Shown: positions 26,095-42,715, counted from the stretch's first letter. The stretch is DNA of 64,000 nucleotides from the human T2T-CHM13v2.0 reference genome, Homo sapiens (GCF_009914755.1 NC_060940.1), one strand, 5' to 3'. The notes: generated from the sequence alone by a model not told the origin. Made by a program: numbers and translations.

Positions 26095-26528
26095 AGAAAC
26101 ATACCGGGAGATCTGGTTCTATTGAACCCCAGTGCAGCCATGGGTAGAATTTTAGGCTTATTTATATTCCATTTCACCACAAGATGTCACCAGGGCACCA
26201 CACCAACATGGTCTATGGACCCTCTCTCTGGCAAATAGAGTTATGGTCATCAAACAGCACCTGCCCAGGGCTATGGGGAGAGGAAGCTGGTTGGCTTTGT
26301 CACAAATGCCTTGATGTCTCTTTCCTCCCCTGGGGCCCATCTCTTCCAGCCTTTGCATAGAGAGAGAAGGCAGGCAACAGGACACAAGAAGATTTTCCCA
26401 GAGTCCAGGGTGTTCTCTTACCCCTGAAATCGTTTCTTCACTGGATGGGAAGGCAGGCACCCAGGGGGAGATGGCATCAGCTGCATAAACAATTTTTCTC
26501 CTCAGTAGACATTTACATGAGTCAATAG

Positions 26529-26882
<354 letters not shown>

Positions 26883-27664
26883 TAAAAATTCACCTTGTAG
26901 AACTTTTAAAATTGAAACTTTCTGGTGAACATCATTAGTTGACAGATGTGTCATTGAAGTTTCATCCTTCTTCATTTCAGAGTCTGCTGGAAGACCCTTC
27001 ATTTACCACTCTCTCCTTCCTGGAGGTGTGGAAATACTCTACCTGGGTGAGGCTCTCGTGGCTTTTTGTGCCAAGTGTCCGTAAACTTCAACTTAATTGT
27101 TTTAAATCCTTTGTGGTGATTATGCGGAAGGTCAAATCTAACAGGAAGCTCCATGTCCACTTGATGTGTACTTACTTCTATTTTTGCACCTTGTGTTGTT
27201 TGTTATCCTGAATTATGCCAGGGCTGGTTTGTGCTAAGATACTTGTTATTTGACCTCATAATACCAGCATGTCCCGTTTGTATAACCCTCTCTGTAGCTT
27301 CTTCCAGCATGTGATCATACATCTACCTAACCTCTCCCATTGGTTGAATTTAATATACTAGTGAATTTTCCATTGCAAAGATGAGGTTACAAATCATAGT
27401 GTTCATACTCAGAAGGACTTTATAAATATTTTGCCTTTTTGAAGTATATACAAGAAATGAAAAAAAAAACAGGAATAAATAAAAAGAATAAAAAGAGCCA
27501 GGACTAGAACCTACAATTCCTGACTCTTGATCAAATTGCTTTTCTTTTTAACTCTAGTTAAATATTTTCCATTCTTTTTAACTCAAGAAGCCTTTGTTTT
27601 TGTTGTCATCGTTTTATGATTAACTTATATCTGGTCCTTTAGACATTTAGATTTTTTCTGTTTT

Positions 27665-27739
27665 ATCTCTCTCTCTCTATATGTATATCTATATATATAT
27701 TTATCTATATCTATATAGAGATATATATATATATATATA
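27665..27739. repeat. (CT)n(TA)n microsatellite
   Basis: TCTCTCTCTCTCTATAT...ATATATATATATATATA. Confidence 0.95.
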
Positions 27740-28013
27740 ATAATGAATGAAATGGACTGTTTGCAACCTCAGATGTATTTCTAGGACTTAGAGTGATTAG
27801 CTTGAGGCGATGGTAGTTTCTGTTTTTGGAGTCTCTGTAGGTCTCAGACTCACAGTCTGTACTTCTTGTTTTGGGGGCTAATTAAGTGGACAGTTTCAGT
27901 GTTGGTAGCTCATTTAAGCCATAAACATGCAGACCATGTGGAATCCCATTAGTCAAACCTTAGCAGAGTGCCTTGATGAGTACCTCCTTTTCTTTCTGAA
28001 TTCTATTAGTTGA

Positions 28014-28384
<371 letters not shown>

Positions 28385-30137
28385 TTACGTTTCAGCATCT
28401 TTCAATCCATCTAATACGCAGTGCCAGGGAAGGTTTGTGAAAACATTTGAATCACAGAGTCACAAACAGTGAGAATATCTGCAGTTATGTTTGTGATGCT
28501 CTAATGAACTTACAAAAGTCCAGGCCTAGTATTTCAGCTGTGTCCATGATGTCTCTGATGGAAATGGACAGGTAACATGATGTACACAAGCATTTGACTG
28601 TTGCATCCTTTGATTGGGCCATGTTCATGCAGCCAGCCTGGGAAAGCAATTAGTAGTTTTAAGCATGGGAAATCATATAAAAGTAAACCAAAATTGCATT
28701 TGAATTAATTGATGAACATGTTTGCTTGACCGTATCCTGCTGTTAGGCGTCTTCAAGTTAACTTAAGTGGTTGATAAAACTTTCCAAAAAGAATACTATC
28801 AACTGCTGAGCACCTGTTGTCAGAGTTGTGGGTAATTCGCAAAGGTTTTCAAATGGAAAAGTTGTTTTCTCCTGCTAGGAAGCATGGTCTCAGATCCACT
28901 TCTAAGGTCAGTGTGAAAGGGAAGGCAAATTCACTTTGAGCAGGGGAGGCATGATCTGGAAGATAAAGCAGCTAGGAGTATGGACTAGGGGGCTGATGGA
29001 GGGGAACACCTATCACAATATGTGTTCTCACACCAATGATATATATTTTCCACACATTTAGATTCTCCATGCCACTCCTTATCTCTTTAGTGCAGAAAAC
29101 GGAGAGGAGGTTCAGTATTCTTAAGAACCTCCCATGATTGCTTTGAGGCAATGGATTTAACGGGTATCTTTATCCCTTATTTACGCACTGACTGTGGTAC
29201 TGAGTCATCCCTGGTGTTTCTGGATTTTATTGGCAATGCCAAGAGAGCAGGAAGACTGGGACGTGAACTGACAACATTTATGATTCTGGCAGCTTGACAT
29301 CACCCAACTGTTCTCTTTGTTTGGTTTTGCTTCAGACTTAGTTTAGTTTTGTTTTTTAAGGGCTGGGGTGGAGGAGAGGGATTTGCTCTTGCAGTTTTCC
29401 TTTCAAACCAAACTCTTTCAAAGCCTTTTGCAAACTCTTTTATGGATTTTACTCACTGGTTGAGCAAGAGTTACTTATGAGATGTGGCTTCGGCATTTTC
29501 ACAGTGTCCATAAAAAAATGTATATTACTATGCATTGCACATTTGCCACTTAGAATTTCTGAATGCAAATTAATCAACTTGCAGCTGTGACTAACAATAA
29601 AACACAGGATAATGTACCTACAGAAATGAGGGCATTGGAAATCCGCTCTCAGGTGGCCATCGAAAATAGTCAGCCTGAGTGTTGCTACCTGTTTTCCATA
29701 ATTGTGTAGCTTTGCCTTTCCTTAATTAATCTGTTCAATAAACTCCTCTGCAGAATCCAAATGCTTAAATTCAGTTTCTTTTTGTCTTTATGGTGTTTAT
29801 CATTGTTAACGTGGCATCGGAGTAGCTCGACTTTTGCATCATGATAAATTCATAACCCAAGAGAAGGCAGAAAACATAATTGTTGTCAATTGCCTCTCTC
29901 CTGGAATTGCCATTGGCTGAGTGGAACAAAATACGAACTTAAGGAGTAGCTGATTCAGAGAAATCCAGGGTAGGAACGGGTCCCATCTTGATTTCAATGT
30001 CTTTTTTGAGGAGGCCTTCCCATTGCACTTCTCTTCAAGTTTGCCCAGATAGTAAGTTCTACTAGACATGTCAATTTTTTCTGAGGTCTAATCTTGATTT
30101 TTTTTTCCTGCACAATATGGAATTCAGTGTTTTTATG

Positions 30138-30300
30138 TAATCATTCAGTAAGTCTTGACTGCCTGCTATGGAGGTTAAGCCCTTTACTAAGTTCCAAGGA
30201 TGTACCTGTGAATAAGGCAAGTTCCTTTTTATCATTGTCTTTGCAGTCTATTAGGGGCTACACAATTTAAACAGAGAATATATATAAAATGGTAGAAAGT
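30138..30300 (-). mobile_element. L2 3' fragment
   Basis: TCATTCAGTAAG...TTGACTGCCTGCTATG...GTGAATAAGGCA...GCAGTCTA. Confidence 0.6.
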
Positions 30301-31000
30301 ACAAGTAAGTATACCTTATTTTTTTAAAAAAAATGAATGTGGTATTTCACCCACAGCCTCAAGAATCACTTTCCTTAAAATTGCCAGAGTAGGAAAACTT
30401 ACAATTGAAGAATTTCAGGTATTTATGGGAAAAATAGTATTAGGGCAATTGCGGTCAAACACATTCGTCTGTTCGTTCAATTACAGCAGTAAGGATGGAA
30501 GTCTAAAGAGAGTTTCTACATGATCTTATTTATCCTGCATTTATAAATACACAAATTCTTGTACAATTAACTCAGTTTTTCACTCCTTTCTTGCTTGCAA
30601 CTTGTCAGGTCGTTCCCTCCCCAGTAGTTGTGAACTTCTTTATGCTAGCTTCTTCCATCAGGGGCTCACAACCAGGGACTGTAGAGGTTTGCAGAGGTAA
30701 ATCTTGGTAGATAAGGATTTTATGAAAAGGGAGCTCACTGTTGGTGAAAAATCCTTGTTTCTACAGATTTTGGGTCAAGATAAGAAAAATTAACTTTTAA
30801 AATCTGAGGAATTTGGAGATTATCTCCAGGGGCTGAATATATTTTTATGGGAGAAATAAAATGGATAGTTTTAAACTTGAATTTAGTTTTTCCTAATGGA
30901 GGCCCTTTTGAAGATCAAATGGGATCTGTAAAAACTCTTTGAAAAATGTAGACTGCTTCTTATGTGATTCTTACTGGTCTATTATTTATCAAGAAATTAA

Positions 31001-31270
<270 letters not shown>

Positions 31271-31510
31271 TAGAAGGAAGGCCAAGAAAGAAATACCCAT
31301 TATTTTGGCTGAAGATGATCACTTTAGCTGAAACCAGTTCAGGTTCAAACTCAGACATTGGTGCTATTTTCATATATCTGAAATGTTCTGAAAAGATTAC
31401 TGACGATCAACATGCTGAACTGACATTTCACAGATATGCAGATTTATTCATCTCTGTTCAAGGTATGCCTTTTCCAATCATAATAGCCATGTAGAGGACA
31501 TTAAACAAAT

Positions 31511-31600
31511 ATTTTATTGTGGTAAAAACACTTAACATGAGACCTACCCTTTTAACAAATTTTTAAATATATAATTTATTATTATTGTTGACTATAGGTA
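31511..31600 (-). mobile_element. L1MA 3'-tip fragment
   Basis: TTTTATTGTGGTAAAAACACTTAACATGAGACCTACCCT...TTGACTATAGG. Confidence 0.7.
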
Positions 31601-31726
31601 AAACAGGACATTTTTAACGTGCTGTGGTGGCCTATTGGACTTTCAGCCTCCCTGGGTGTATTTCGCTGTATATGTGTACCATGTCAGCTTACCCTAGAAT
31701 TTGAAACATTTTCCTTTGATGATTAA

Positions 31727-32028
<302 letters not shown>

Positions 32029-32971
32029 TGATGATTCAGTTTTTACCCCAAGATGCAGTATGCCTCCGTCTCACTAAAATATGCCAATATGTTCTTCTTC
32101 TTGAGGATCAGGGCTGATTTCTTCTACTGGGAAAATGTATCCCCTGTGTTTGGCCCCAGAGGCATCAGGGTAACCTGCTCTCTTCCATTCTCAAAGCAGA
32201 AACAGTGTTCCTAACATTCTAAGCCTGGGAATAGGATGGCAGGTCGTGGGACCAGCATTTTAATTACCTAAAGGGAACTTATTGATTTTAGTCCAGAACA
32301 CGGTGGGGAGGAGTTCATATTCATTTTTTTTTTGAGTCTGGATTTTAGAATAAATTCACTGTGTACATAGCTATTCCATCTTTAAAAACCTTTGTGAATG
32401 CTAATATACAGCCTTTATAAATTTGAGGTATAATGTTCAAAATGCTCTTATCCCTAAATTTTCCAGTCTAGGTTATTATACTTTTATGACTATTAATTTT
32501 GATGTAGGCCTTTTAAAATCAATTCCTCCCTGTAATTACAATGCTGCTTTATGGTATTTGTGATATATCATGTGAATATACTTGAGGGTCATGAGAAGTT
32601 CATATGTGTGTGTGTAGTGTGGGCCCCAGACTTTCGCCACACTGCTGGCTAAAGTGGCCATGTTTTTGTACGTCTCTGCAGAGCTTACAAGTTATTCAAC
32701 AGCCAGATTTCTATTCTGATATGCCCTTTTAGTTTTCAAAGCATCGAAAAAGGGTAATCTTTAGAACCGAAGTATTTGCAAAACTCCTAGACTTGAATAA
32801 GGTATTTTTGAATTTGAAGAGCTAAGAACCCATCAAATCAAAATGCTAATAATTCTTCCAAGTCAAAAGGTAACTCTCATTTTATTATGCATTGACCACC
32901 ATTCACTTTCTGTTGGACTGCTTTTGGAAAAAGAACCACAAGTCTCTATTTTTAAAATAGAGGTACAATGA

Positions 32972-33014
32972 TAAAACAAAACAAAACAAAACAAAAAAAC
33001 AACAAAAAAAAAAA
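32972..33014. repeat. (AAAAC)n A-rich repeat
   Basis: AAAACAAAACAAAACAAAAC... Confidence 0.9.
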
Positions 33015-34111
33015 CCCACACAGGTCTCATCAGCCAAGGGATTTAAAAATCAAATTTAACTTCAAAAAACTGAAGTTGATATAGCAGGATCTTGGAGATG
33101 CAGTTTCTTCACTTTTCTTTTTTTTCTAACTGAGGGATTAAGGATATAAACCCAACTTCAAATTTCTTTCTGGGTGGTCTTGAAAACTTAACAGTAGGTC
33201 CTGTAAAGAGGTGGGGGAGAGGAAAAAGAAATCCTTTACTCTCATCTGCTGGTTTTAAAATGAGAAAAATACACACACACACGTAATGATGTTCGTGATG
33301 TTAATGGAGGGAAATATCATAAATAATTAAGAATTTAAAATTATTATAAAATATTTAGTATTATTGTTGTTACTGTTATTAGTAGGAAGGGGCCTTGCCA
33401 TGCTTCCTTTCTTCAAACAGCTCAGTACTTTAAAATCGAGTGTGGCTGTGTTTGTCAGTCGTGGTTTGTGTTCTTTGATTTGTTCTGCATGTTCTTCTTT
33501 TGGAGAGGATGTGTCACTTTGCCAATCTTGGTCCTTGCTGTTGTCTGGTGGAGGGAAACAAGCCTGCCAGGCCGGCTCATCTGACCCCTGGTGGCAGGGA
33601 GTGGAGGTGCACTCAGGATGCTCTTGGGGAATCATAAAGGAGGTTAAAGAAAGGGACAGCAGAACCCTGACAATCCTTGCCCCTAAGCATGGAAAAGCCT
33701 CCGGACCGGGTCTGGAGTGCAACAGAGGCCCCTGACCTTGTCTCTAGCTCTCTGTCTGCATCTTCAGCGTGGCTTCACTGGTTTCTAAGTCTCTGGTGTC
33801 TTTTTTCTTTTGCAGCCGGCTTGCAATTGCCTCCTTCTAACTCTCAAAAGGATGCATGGGATGGGTTCAGTGTAGTCACTGTTGTGCCTTTTGGACAAGG
33901 CTTTCCAGCCAGGCCACCCTGTTTACAAGGCTGTCCTCACGTCATGGGCGCTCATATTGTCCAGACTAGATGGTCAAGGTGATTGGGGGAAGGAAGTCAC
34001 AGAGCCACCAATTACTAAGGAACTGCCCAGAGATCCTGCCTCACTGGGAACCTGTGAGTGGGCTGGTTTCCCCCAGCAGAGGGGCTGTAGCATAGCAGGT
34101 ACCCACAGGAG

Positions 34112-34328
34112 CCTGGGCATGGCCTTTTTCTCTAAAGGGCTGGATAGTCAATATTTTTAGCTTTGTGGGCTTTATGGTCTCTGTTGCAACTTCTCAACTC
34201 TCCTGTTACAGCAGGAAAGCAGCCACAGATAATATATAAATGGACGGATGTGTTCCAATAAAACTTTATTTATAGGAACAGGCAGTGGGCCAGATTCAGC
34301 CCGTGGGCCATAGGTTGCCAGCCTCTGA
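34112..34328. mobile_element. MER58A hAT DNA transposon
   Basis: TAAAGGGCTGGATAG...GGTCTCTGTTGCAACT...GTGTTCCAATAAAACTTTATTTA...GCCCGTGGGCCATAG. Confidence 0.88.
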
Positions 34329-34997
34329 CTCTGGTGTTCAGATCACAGACTTTGGATGTCTCATATCTGAATCTTTCTAATCTCGTGATAGGGCAAGGTA
34401 ATTAAAATGTTAATACGTTAGTTTTCTCACTGTCAATGTGTTCTATGACATCATTTATGCAAAGCATACAAAGCTGAGAATAAAGTCTCAGCAAATGCTA
34501 GTTTCCTGGCCTCCTTATACATACTTACAAAGGATGGTGGGAGATAGTTTGAGATTTGAGGCCTCTGAAGAATAGGTGTTTTTGTGATGATTTTGGCTTT
34601 TCAGTTTGACAGTTGGCTTTGCTTTTTTGACAGACACATTAAGAGCTTCAAGGGTCATTTCATGGTTTGTCCTTTCCATGTCAGGGACACCTTTCACGTG
34701 GCCATTTTAAGCACAGGAATTGCCTTCAAGTAGTTTACTCGTACGAACTTGTCTGTAATCATCTTTCCCCATTTGGATGGTGGGTTGCCCATTTTAATTC
34801 AAGGTTTGTCTAATGTGTTAGTGCATATTCTTGGCTCAAGCAGGATAAGACACTAGTAACCATGAACCTGTATATCAAAAAGCGTGACTAGAGTTTCATA
34901 GTTAAACATGTGCTGAAATCCACAGTGGACACCAGAGAGGGTCATGGAATCTGAGAATGGATGACTTGTCCCATGATGATAATATCTGTGTTCCTAC

Positions 34998-35362
<365 letters not shown>

Positions 35363-35791
35363 TCAAAGTCTGACTGATTTATGTGCATTGGGCATTTTGT
35401 TGATGTCATTCAGATTAATGATGGCACTGAAAATGTGTAATGGAAATGAGAAGTTTGTATCCTGCCTGCTATACCATGATTCCAATTTAAGAGGGGGTAA
35501 AAATATTGCACTTTTTAATCTATTGTTTTTTGAAAGAGACTGTTTAAAACACGTAATTTTGCTAAGTTATGGCTCATATCGTATTTGTTATTTTGGTTTT
35601 GAAAAATTGAGTAGGAAGCAATTGCGTTCTTAAATGACTTGAACATCAAAGGCAAGTAGTGTCTTGTTTTAGGAGCAGCCAGGCTCCTATCCCTCTGATC
35701 CAGCCAAGTGCTTTCACTTGGTCCCACTCTGGGGAATCACCAGTGGTTCTCACTCTGGGAGAGGCCCCTGGTTGACCTGGAATGACCTAGA

Positions 35792-36119
35792 CCAGCAGTC
35801 ACAAGCTCCTGCCCATGGACAAAATACAGCCGGTACCTCTTTGGCTATGGCCTGCAGGCTCAGAATAGTTCTTACATTTTCAATCATCTGCAAAAAAGAA
35901 TAAAGAGGAGAATATTATTTCTTGAAGGAGGAAAATGATATGGAATTCTGATTTCAGTGTCATAAAGTTTTGAATTTCATCAATAAAAAATTTGCAGAAA
36001 TTTGTTTTTCTCTCCTGTTATGTAAATACCTCTGTAATAGCCTCGGTTTTGCCTCTTGGCTCACAAAGCCTAAGTTGTTTACTATTTAGCCCTTTACAAA
36101 AAAAGTTTGCCAGCATCTG
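35792..36119. mobile_element. MER58B-like DNA transposon
   Basis: GGCCTGCAGGCTCAGAATAG...ATTTCAGTGTCATAAAGTTTT...CACAAAGCCTAA...TTTACTATTTAGCCCTTTAC...AAGTTTGCC. Confidence 0.7.
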
Positions 36120-36501
36120 ATGTCCAACAACAATTTTCAGTCTTTTTTGTAGCTCCCAAATTCTCTCATTAAACCAGATCCCTTGAGGGAAGCCTGGTTT
36201 ACAAAATAGATTAAGTGATGTGGCTGTTTGGAGCAGGAGGCTGTGGTCTGAGTCTTGCTGGCCTCAACCCTCAACTCACTTCCACACCTTACCTCCTGGG
36301 GATAAGGCTGCCTTCGTCTAGAAAGTGCCTCGGTTCCAGCTTGGAAATATCCATGTACAGTCCCTTTTTTGTTATTCCAAAACCCAAAGAGATCTGAAAA
36401 GCAAAAACAAATTTATTGTATATTTATAGCAAATTTATTTGGTGGTGAAATTTGACTTCAGCTTTAGCGTCCCTGTTTCTCCTTTCTAGTGTGAATGTTC
36501 A

Positions 36502-36722
36502 TTTTGTTTTGTTTGTTTTTTTGAGGCAAGGTCTCACTTCATCACCCAGGCTGGAGTGCAGTAGTGTGTTCACAGCTCAGAGAAGCCTCGACCTCCCGGG
36601 CTCAGGCGATCTTCCTGCTGTAGCCTCCCAAGTAGCTGGGACTCCAGGCATGTGCCACCATACCCAGCCAATTTTTGTGTCTTTGTAGAGATGCGGTTTC
36701 TCTACCATGTTGGCCAGGCTGA
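36502..36722 (-). mobile_element. AluJ, 5'-truncated
   Basis: Right arm plus part of the left arm. Confidence 0.9.
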
Positions 36723-36825
36723 ATAATCATATTTTCACTGAAGAAATAGAAATGTCATTGTTATAGGATGTTGCCCCAAACCCCGCAAAGGTATTTTGTA
36801 ATATGCAGTATATGTGCTAAATTAC

Positions 36826-37110
<285 letters not shown>

Positions 37111-37742
37111 CAAAATACCTTTCTAACATGGAGGAATTAGGAATACTGAAGGCATCGGCCCCCAAGGGTTTGATGTGCTCTTGTCCCCAAGGCCTGCAGA
37201 TTTGCATCACCTCTCCACTTCGTGGACTCCTCGTACCTGCCTGATTCCAGGATGCTCTAACCTGGCCACGCATCCCCCGTGGATTCTCAGCTGTTGTGTG
37301 TTTCCTCCTCAGGTGGCCACTGTGTCTGGTGCTCACCTACATTTTGGTTCATCCTGACTTTGCCTCAGCCTCCCCATTCTGCATTTCTCCCACGGCTTCT
37401 CCCAGCCCTGGCCCAGTGACACTGTAATGTGGACTGTGGCATCCCCTGAGTCTAAGCTGTTGACCAGCTCTTGATGGACAGATGCTGGCAGAGATGGGGA
37501 AGGTGCTGTTCCCTTCCTCCTGGGAAGGGCAAAGAAAGCAGGGTGGTCCTCCCATCCCCGTGAGGAAGGAAGAGCCTCATTCATGCCGAGACCCTGATGG
37601 AGAACTGGGTCCAGGGATAATGTTTTGTGTTCCTGCTCATGGGACTGGTGTGTTATTGTCAAGGGATCTTACAGGCCTTGCTTCCCAGGCCCCTCTATCC
37701 CCTCTGTTCTTGCTTAGGCATTAGTGATTTGGTTCTTCTAGC

Positions 37743-38039
37743 TTTTTTTCTTTTTTTGAGACAGGGTCTCGCTTTGTCATACAGGCTGGAGTGCAGCAGC
37801 GCGATCTTGGCTCACTGCAACCTCCGCCTCCTGGGTTCAAGCAATTCTCCTGTCTCAGTCTCCTGAGTAGGTGGGTCTACAGTCACATGCCACCACGTCT
37901 GGCTAGTTTTTGTATTTTTTAGTAGAGATAGGGTTTCACTTGTTGGCCAGGCTGGTCTCGAACTCCTGACCTCAGGTGATCCGCCAGTCTCAACCTCCCA
38001 AAATGCCGGGATTATAGATGTGAGCCACCACACCAGGCT
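37743..38039 (-). mobile_element. AluSx-like
   Basis: Full dimer; TSD GG(T/C)TCTTCTAG. Confidence 0.95.
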
Positions 38040-38220
38040 GGCTCTTCTAGTTTTTGAAGCTCACTTTTCTTTTTTCCTCAAGACTCACAGGGAATGGGAC
38101 CAGGCACCTGTCTTTATACATTCTCAAAGTCCATGGTGACGATGCCATGCTCCGGTTCTAAGCCAGTTGGACAGACACAGGCAAGGGAAGCTGTCAGTGT
38201 GGGTGAGTTGCAGTGTAAGG

Positions 38221-38796
38221 GTAGTGGGTGGAATAGCGTCTCCCCAAAATCCACACCCACACAGAATCACAGATGTAACGTTATATGGAAACAGGGTCTT
38301 TGCAGATGTAATTAGCTAAGAATCTCAAGGTTAAATCATTCAGGCTTTAGAGTGGGCCCTAAATCCAATGACGGTTATCCTCATGAGAAGAGGAAAGCAG
38401 GGGGCACAGTGGTGGGTGTGCCTGCAATCCCAGCTACTCGGGAGGCTGCGGAGGGGGCATCACTTGAGCCCAGGAGTTCATTGCCAGCCTGGGCAATATA
38501 GCAAGACCCCATCTCTTAAAAAAAAAATAACACCAAAAGACAAAACAGAAAAAGGAGGAGAGGACACAGAGGAGAAGGCTCTGTGAAGTCAGAGGCAGAG
38601 ATTGGAGTGATGCGTCTACAAGCCAAGAGATGCCACGGTCATGGGCAGCCCCCAGAAACGAGGAGAGAAACCTGGCACGGTTTCCACAAGGAGTCACCCC
38701 TGCCAACACCTTGGTTTCAGACTTCTGGTCTCCTGAACTGTGAGAGTCAGTTTCTGTTGAGCTTGTGCTGATACGCTAGGGCAGCCCTAGCACACT
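38221..38796 (+). mobile_element. MLT1B/C-like solo LTR containing a free Alu monomer
   Basis: GGAAACAGGGTCTTTGCAGATGTAATTA...GGGCCCTAAATCCAATGAC...GAGGCAGAGATTGGAGTGATG...GCAGCCCTAG. Confidence 0.85.
38397..38530 (+). mobile_element. FLAM-like free Alu monomer
   Basis: Single monomer ...CACTTGAGCCCAGGAGTTC...GGGCAATATAGCAAGACCCCATCTC plus A tail. Confidence 0.85.
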
Positions 38797-39621
38797 GCCA
38801 CATCTGGTTTCCCGGAGGAACTTCACAGGGTCTTTGTTCTTTATCTACAGTCTCTGGAAGTCTCAGCAGCCTCCTGTGTTCGCAACTGTCATTCCAGAGC
38901 AGCCGTCTCGTGTTATGCATTTGCTTACTCATAAGCAAATATTTCACAAGAACCTGCGAGGGCCAGGCTGGGCCAGGCAGGTATTGCAGGTGCAAGGATA
39001 TATATAAGACAGTGCCCTTTAGAAGATCCCTGTCTCATTGAGAAGCGTTGAGTAAATGGGTCTCTCTGGTCATTCTCTCCAGAACATGAAGCCAAAGGGC
39101 TGAGAGGGAGAGACTCCAAGAATGAATTAGTGTCCAGCAAGGTATCGCTTGTCTCAGGATGACAACTTGCAATTTGGGGATCTCTCAACGTCCTGACCTC
39201 CATCTCAGTGGGCATGTTCCTCACCTGGCTGGCTGCCCCTGCTTACTGATGCAGCCTCCTGTCACACGGTACTCACCTCTATTCACTGTATTCCACCAAC
39301 ACTGGCCTTGGGAGCCAGCAGTACCCCCATTGTACAGATGAAAGTCTTGTGACTGTCAACATTAAAATGAGAATGATATTGACCCATGATACTTACCCAC
39401 CTGTTCAGTGGATTCGGTGTGCCGTCAGCATGGTTCCCAGCACATAGTAAGTGCTCCGTAAATGTCAGCATCTATTATTATCATTTGTGTTTTTTTTTTC
39501 CCCTTCTCTGCCTTCCTTTCTCTCCCTCCTTGGTCTGCTTCCTCCTGTTGCTATCAGAGCCTGCCTGCCTCATCCTTGTTCCAGCCTTGATGGTGATGAT
39601 GATTGTGGTTGCTGTTGCTAT

Positions 39622-39940
39622 TTGTTTTTTTGGTTTGTTTGTTTGTTTTGAGAGGGAGTTTTACTCTTGTCACCCAGGCTGGAGTGCAGTGGCGCCATCT
39701 CGGCTCACTGCAGACTCTTCCTCTTGAAGCTGGGGAAGTTCAAGCAATTCTCCTGCCTTAGGCTCCTGAGTGGCTGGGACTACAGGCATGTGCTACCATG
39801 CCTGGCTAATTCTTTGTAGTTTTAGTAGAGATGGGGTTTCAGCATGTTGTCCAGGCTGGTCTTGAACTCCTCAGCTCAAATGATCTGCCCACCTCGGCTT
39901 CCCAAAGTGTTGGGATTACAGGCGTGAACCACCACGCCCC
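39622..39940 (-). mobile_element. Alu (old S/J)
   Basis: Dimer with (GTTT)n tail and a small internal insertion. Confidence 0.93.
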
Positions 39941-40574
39941 TCACGCGCAGCCACTGTTGCTATTGATGATTATTATGACATCATTGCTCAGATTCACTTG
40001 GCTCAGAGAGGGCGGAGTCAGAGTGACCCAGGTGGTCACTGCTCCCCTTCTTGTCCATCAAATCAGCTGCCTCCAACAGCATTGCCTGGCAGCGTCACGT
40101 AGTAGCCCTCTCCCTCACAAGGCTTTTGAGGCAGACAAATGCCACTGATAAAGCAAAAGCAAATGTTTTGGGTGAATTCCCCATAGCTACACTAGATTTG
40201 AGGCTGAGAAATGGAATGCCTGTCATTGTTGACTGAAAAATACAGCTCTCCTAATAGAGTCTTGGTGCAGGAGCTGTTAGCCTTGCCGCCCTGCAGACTT
40301 GAAGAATTGCGACGTCGGCCTAACATAATTTTGGTAACTTTGTCTGCTTCTGCCTCGGGTAGAAATAATTCAGATTTCACTCTCCATTTTCTTTAATGGG
40401 CTAAACAGCCACTTTGTAATACCTGTATTTTATTAGACATAATTCTGGATATTGTTTCTGCAGCGTTTTTGAAAAGACAAACCTGAGAGAGCCCAGCTAT
40501 TTAACTTAAGCAATTTTAAAGTTATTTGTAAAATGATATGCTGTCTTTTTTGACCCAGTTACTTTATAAAGCTA

Positions 40575-41277
<703 letters not shown>

Positions 41278-41544
41278 TCACCCAGGTCCATTCTTCCACT
41301 GTCATCCCATGATGCTCTCTTGCATTTTAAAGTTTGGAAGCCCTTATTCCTTTGTTTTGTTTTTGAAATACAAATATCAACATTTTTATTGTTCTATAGT
41401 AATACACGTTTCTTCTATAGTACATTAAATCACAAGAGGTAATAGTGTATCTACTAACACCTATACTTTTGAGTAGTGTTGAGTGTAAATGATATTTTGA
41501 AATATCTGCAGTAACTGATGTGATATGCAAACATCTGTGATTTC

Positions 41545-42160
<616 letters not shown>

Positions 42161-42289
42161 AAGCTCCTGTCCTTGACCCAATCTCCACTCTACCGTTTGA
42201 TGTCCAGTGTGGACTGCCCCTCTGAAAGCCCTTCACTGCGGCTTAGCCTGTGGTGGAAGGTGTCCAAGGTGGCTGGAACACCTCCTGCT

Positions 42290-42510
42290 GGGGGTGTCAG
42301 TCTTGGCTCTCCTGTTTTCTGCCTGTGCAATGGTGGGTAGGTCCCTTGATACCTCGTAACCTCAGCATCCCTGTGGGTGATAAGGAGATGATAATAGTCT
42401 CTTCCCGATGGGGGTTAAATAAAATAATTCTCGGAGTATGTGAAGCAGTACATGTGAAGTGCTCAGCTTTGTGTCTGGCACATAAGGAAGTGGTCAGTGT
42501 TTAATGTTAG
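42290..42510 (+). mobile_element. MIR
   Basis: AACCTCAGCATCCC...ATAATAGT...CATGTGAAGTGCTCAG...TCTGGCACATA. Confidence 0.7.
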
Positions 42511-42519
42511 GGATCATAG

Positions 42520-42715
42520 ATGCTGATAAATTGCCGTTTATGGCATATTTCATGTATTGCCTCATTTAAACCTCCTTGCAATCTGTATGACTCCTGCTGA
42601 TGATGGGGAATTTGAGACTGTGAGAGGCTTGGCAAAAGATCTAAGCTGTGAAGTATCTGGAATAGGATTCCACCTTCAGCCCTGCCTTAATGAAGACCAT
42701 GGTCTTGCCACATTG
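42520..42715 (-). mobile_element. MIR
   Basis: CCTCATTTAAACCTC...GATGGGGAATTTGAGACT...GGAATAGGATTC. Confidence 0.6.
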
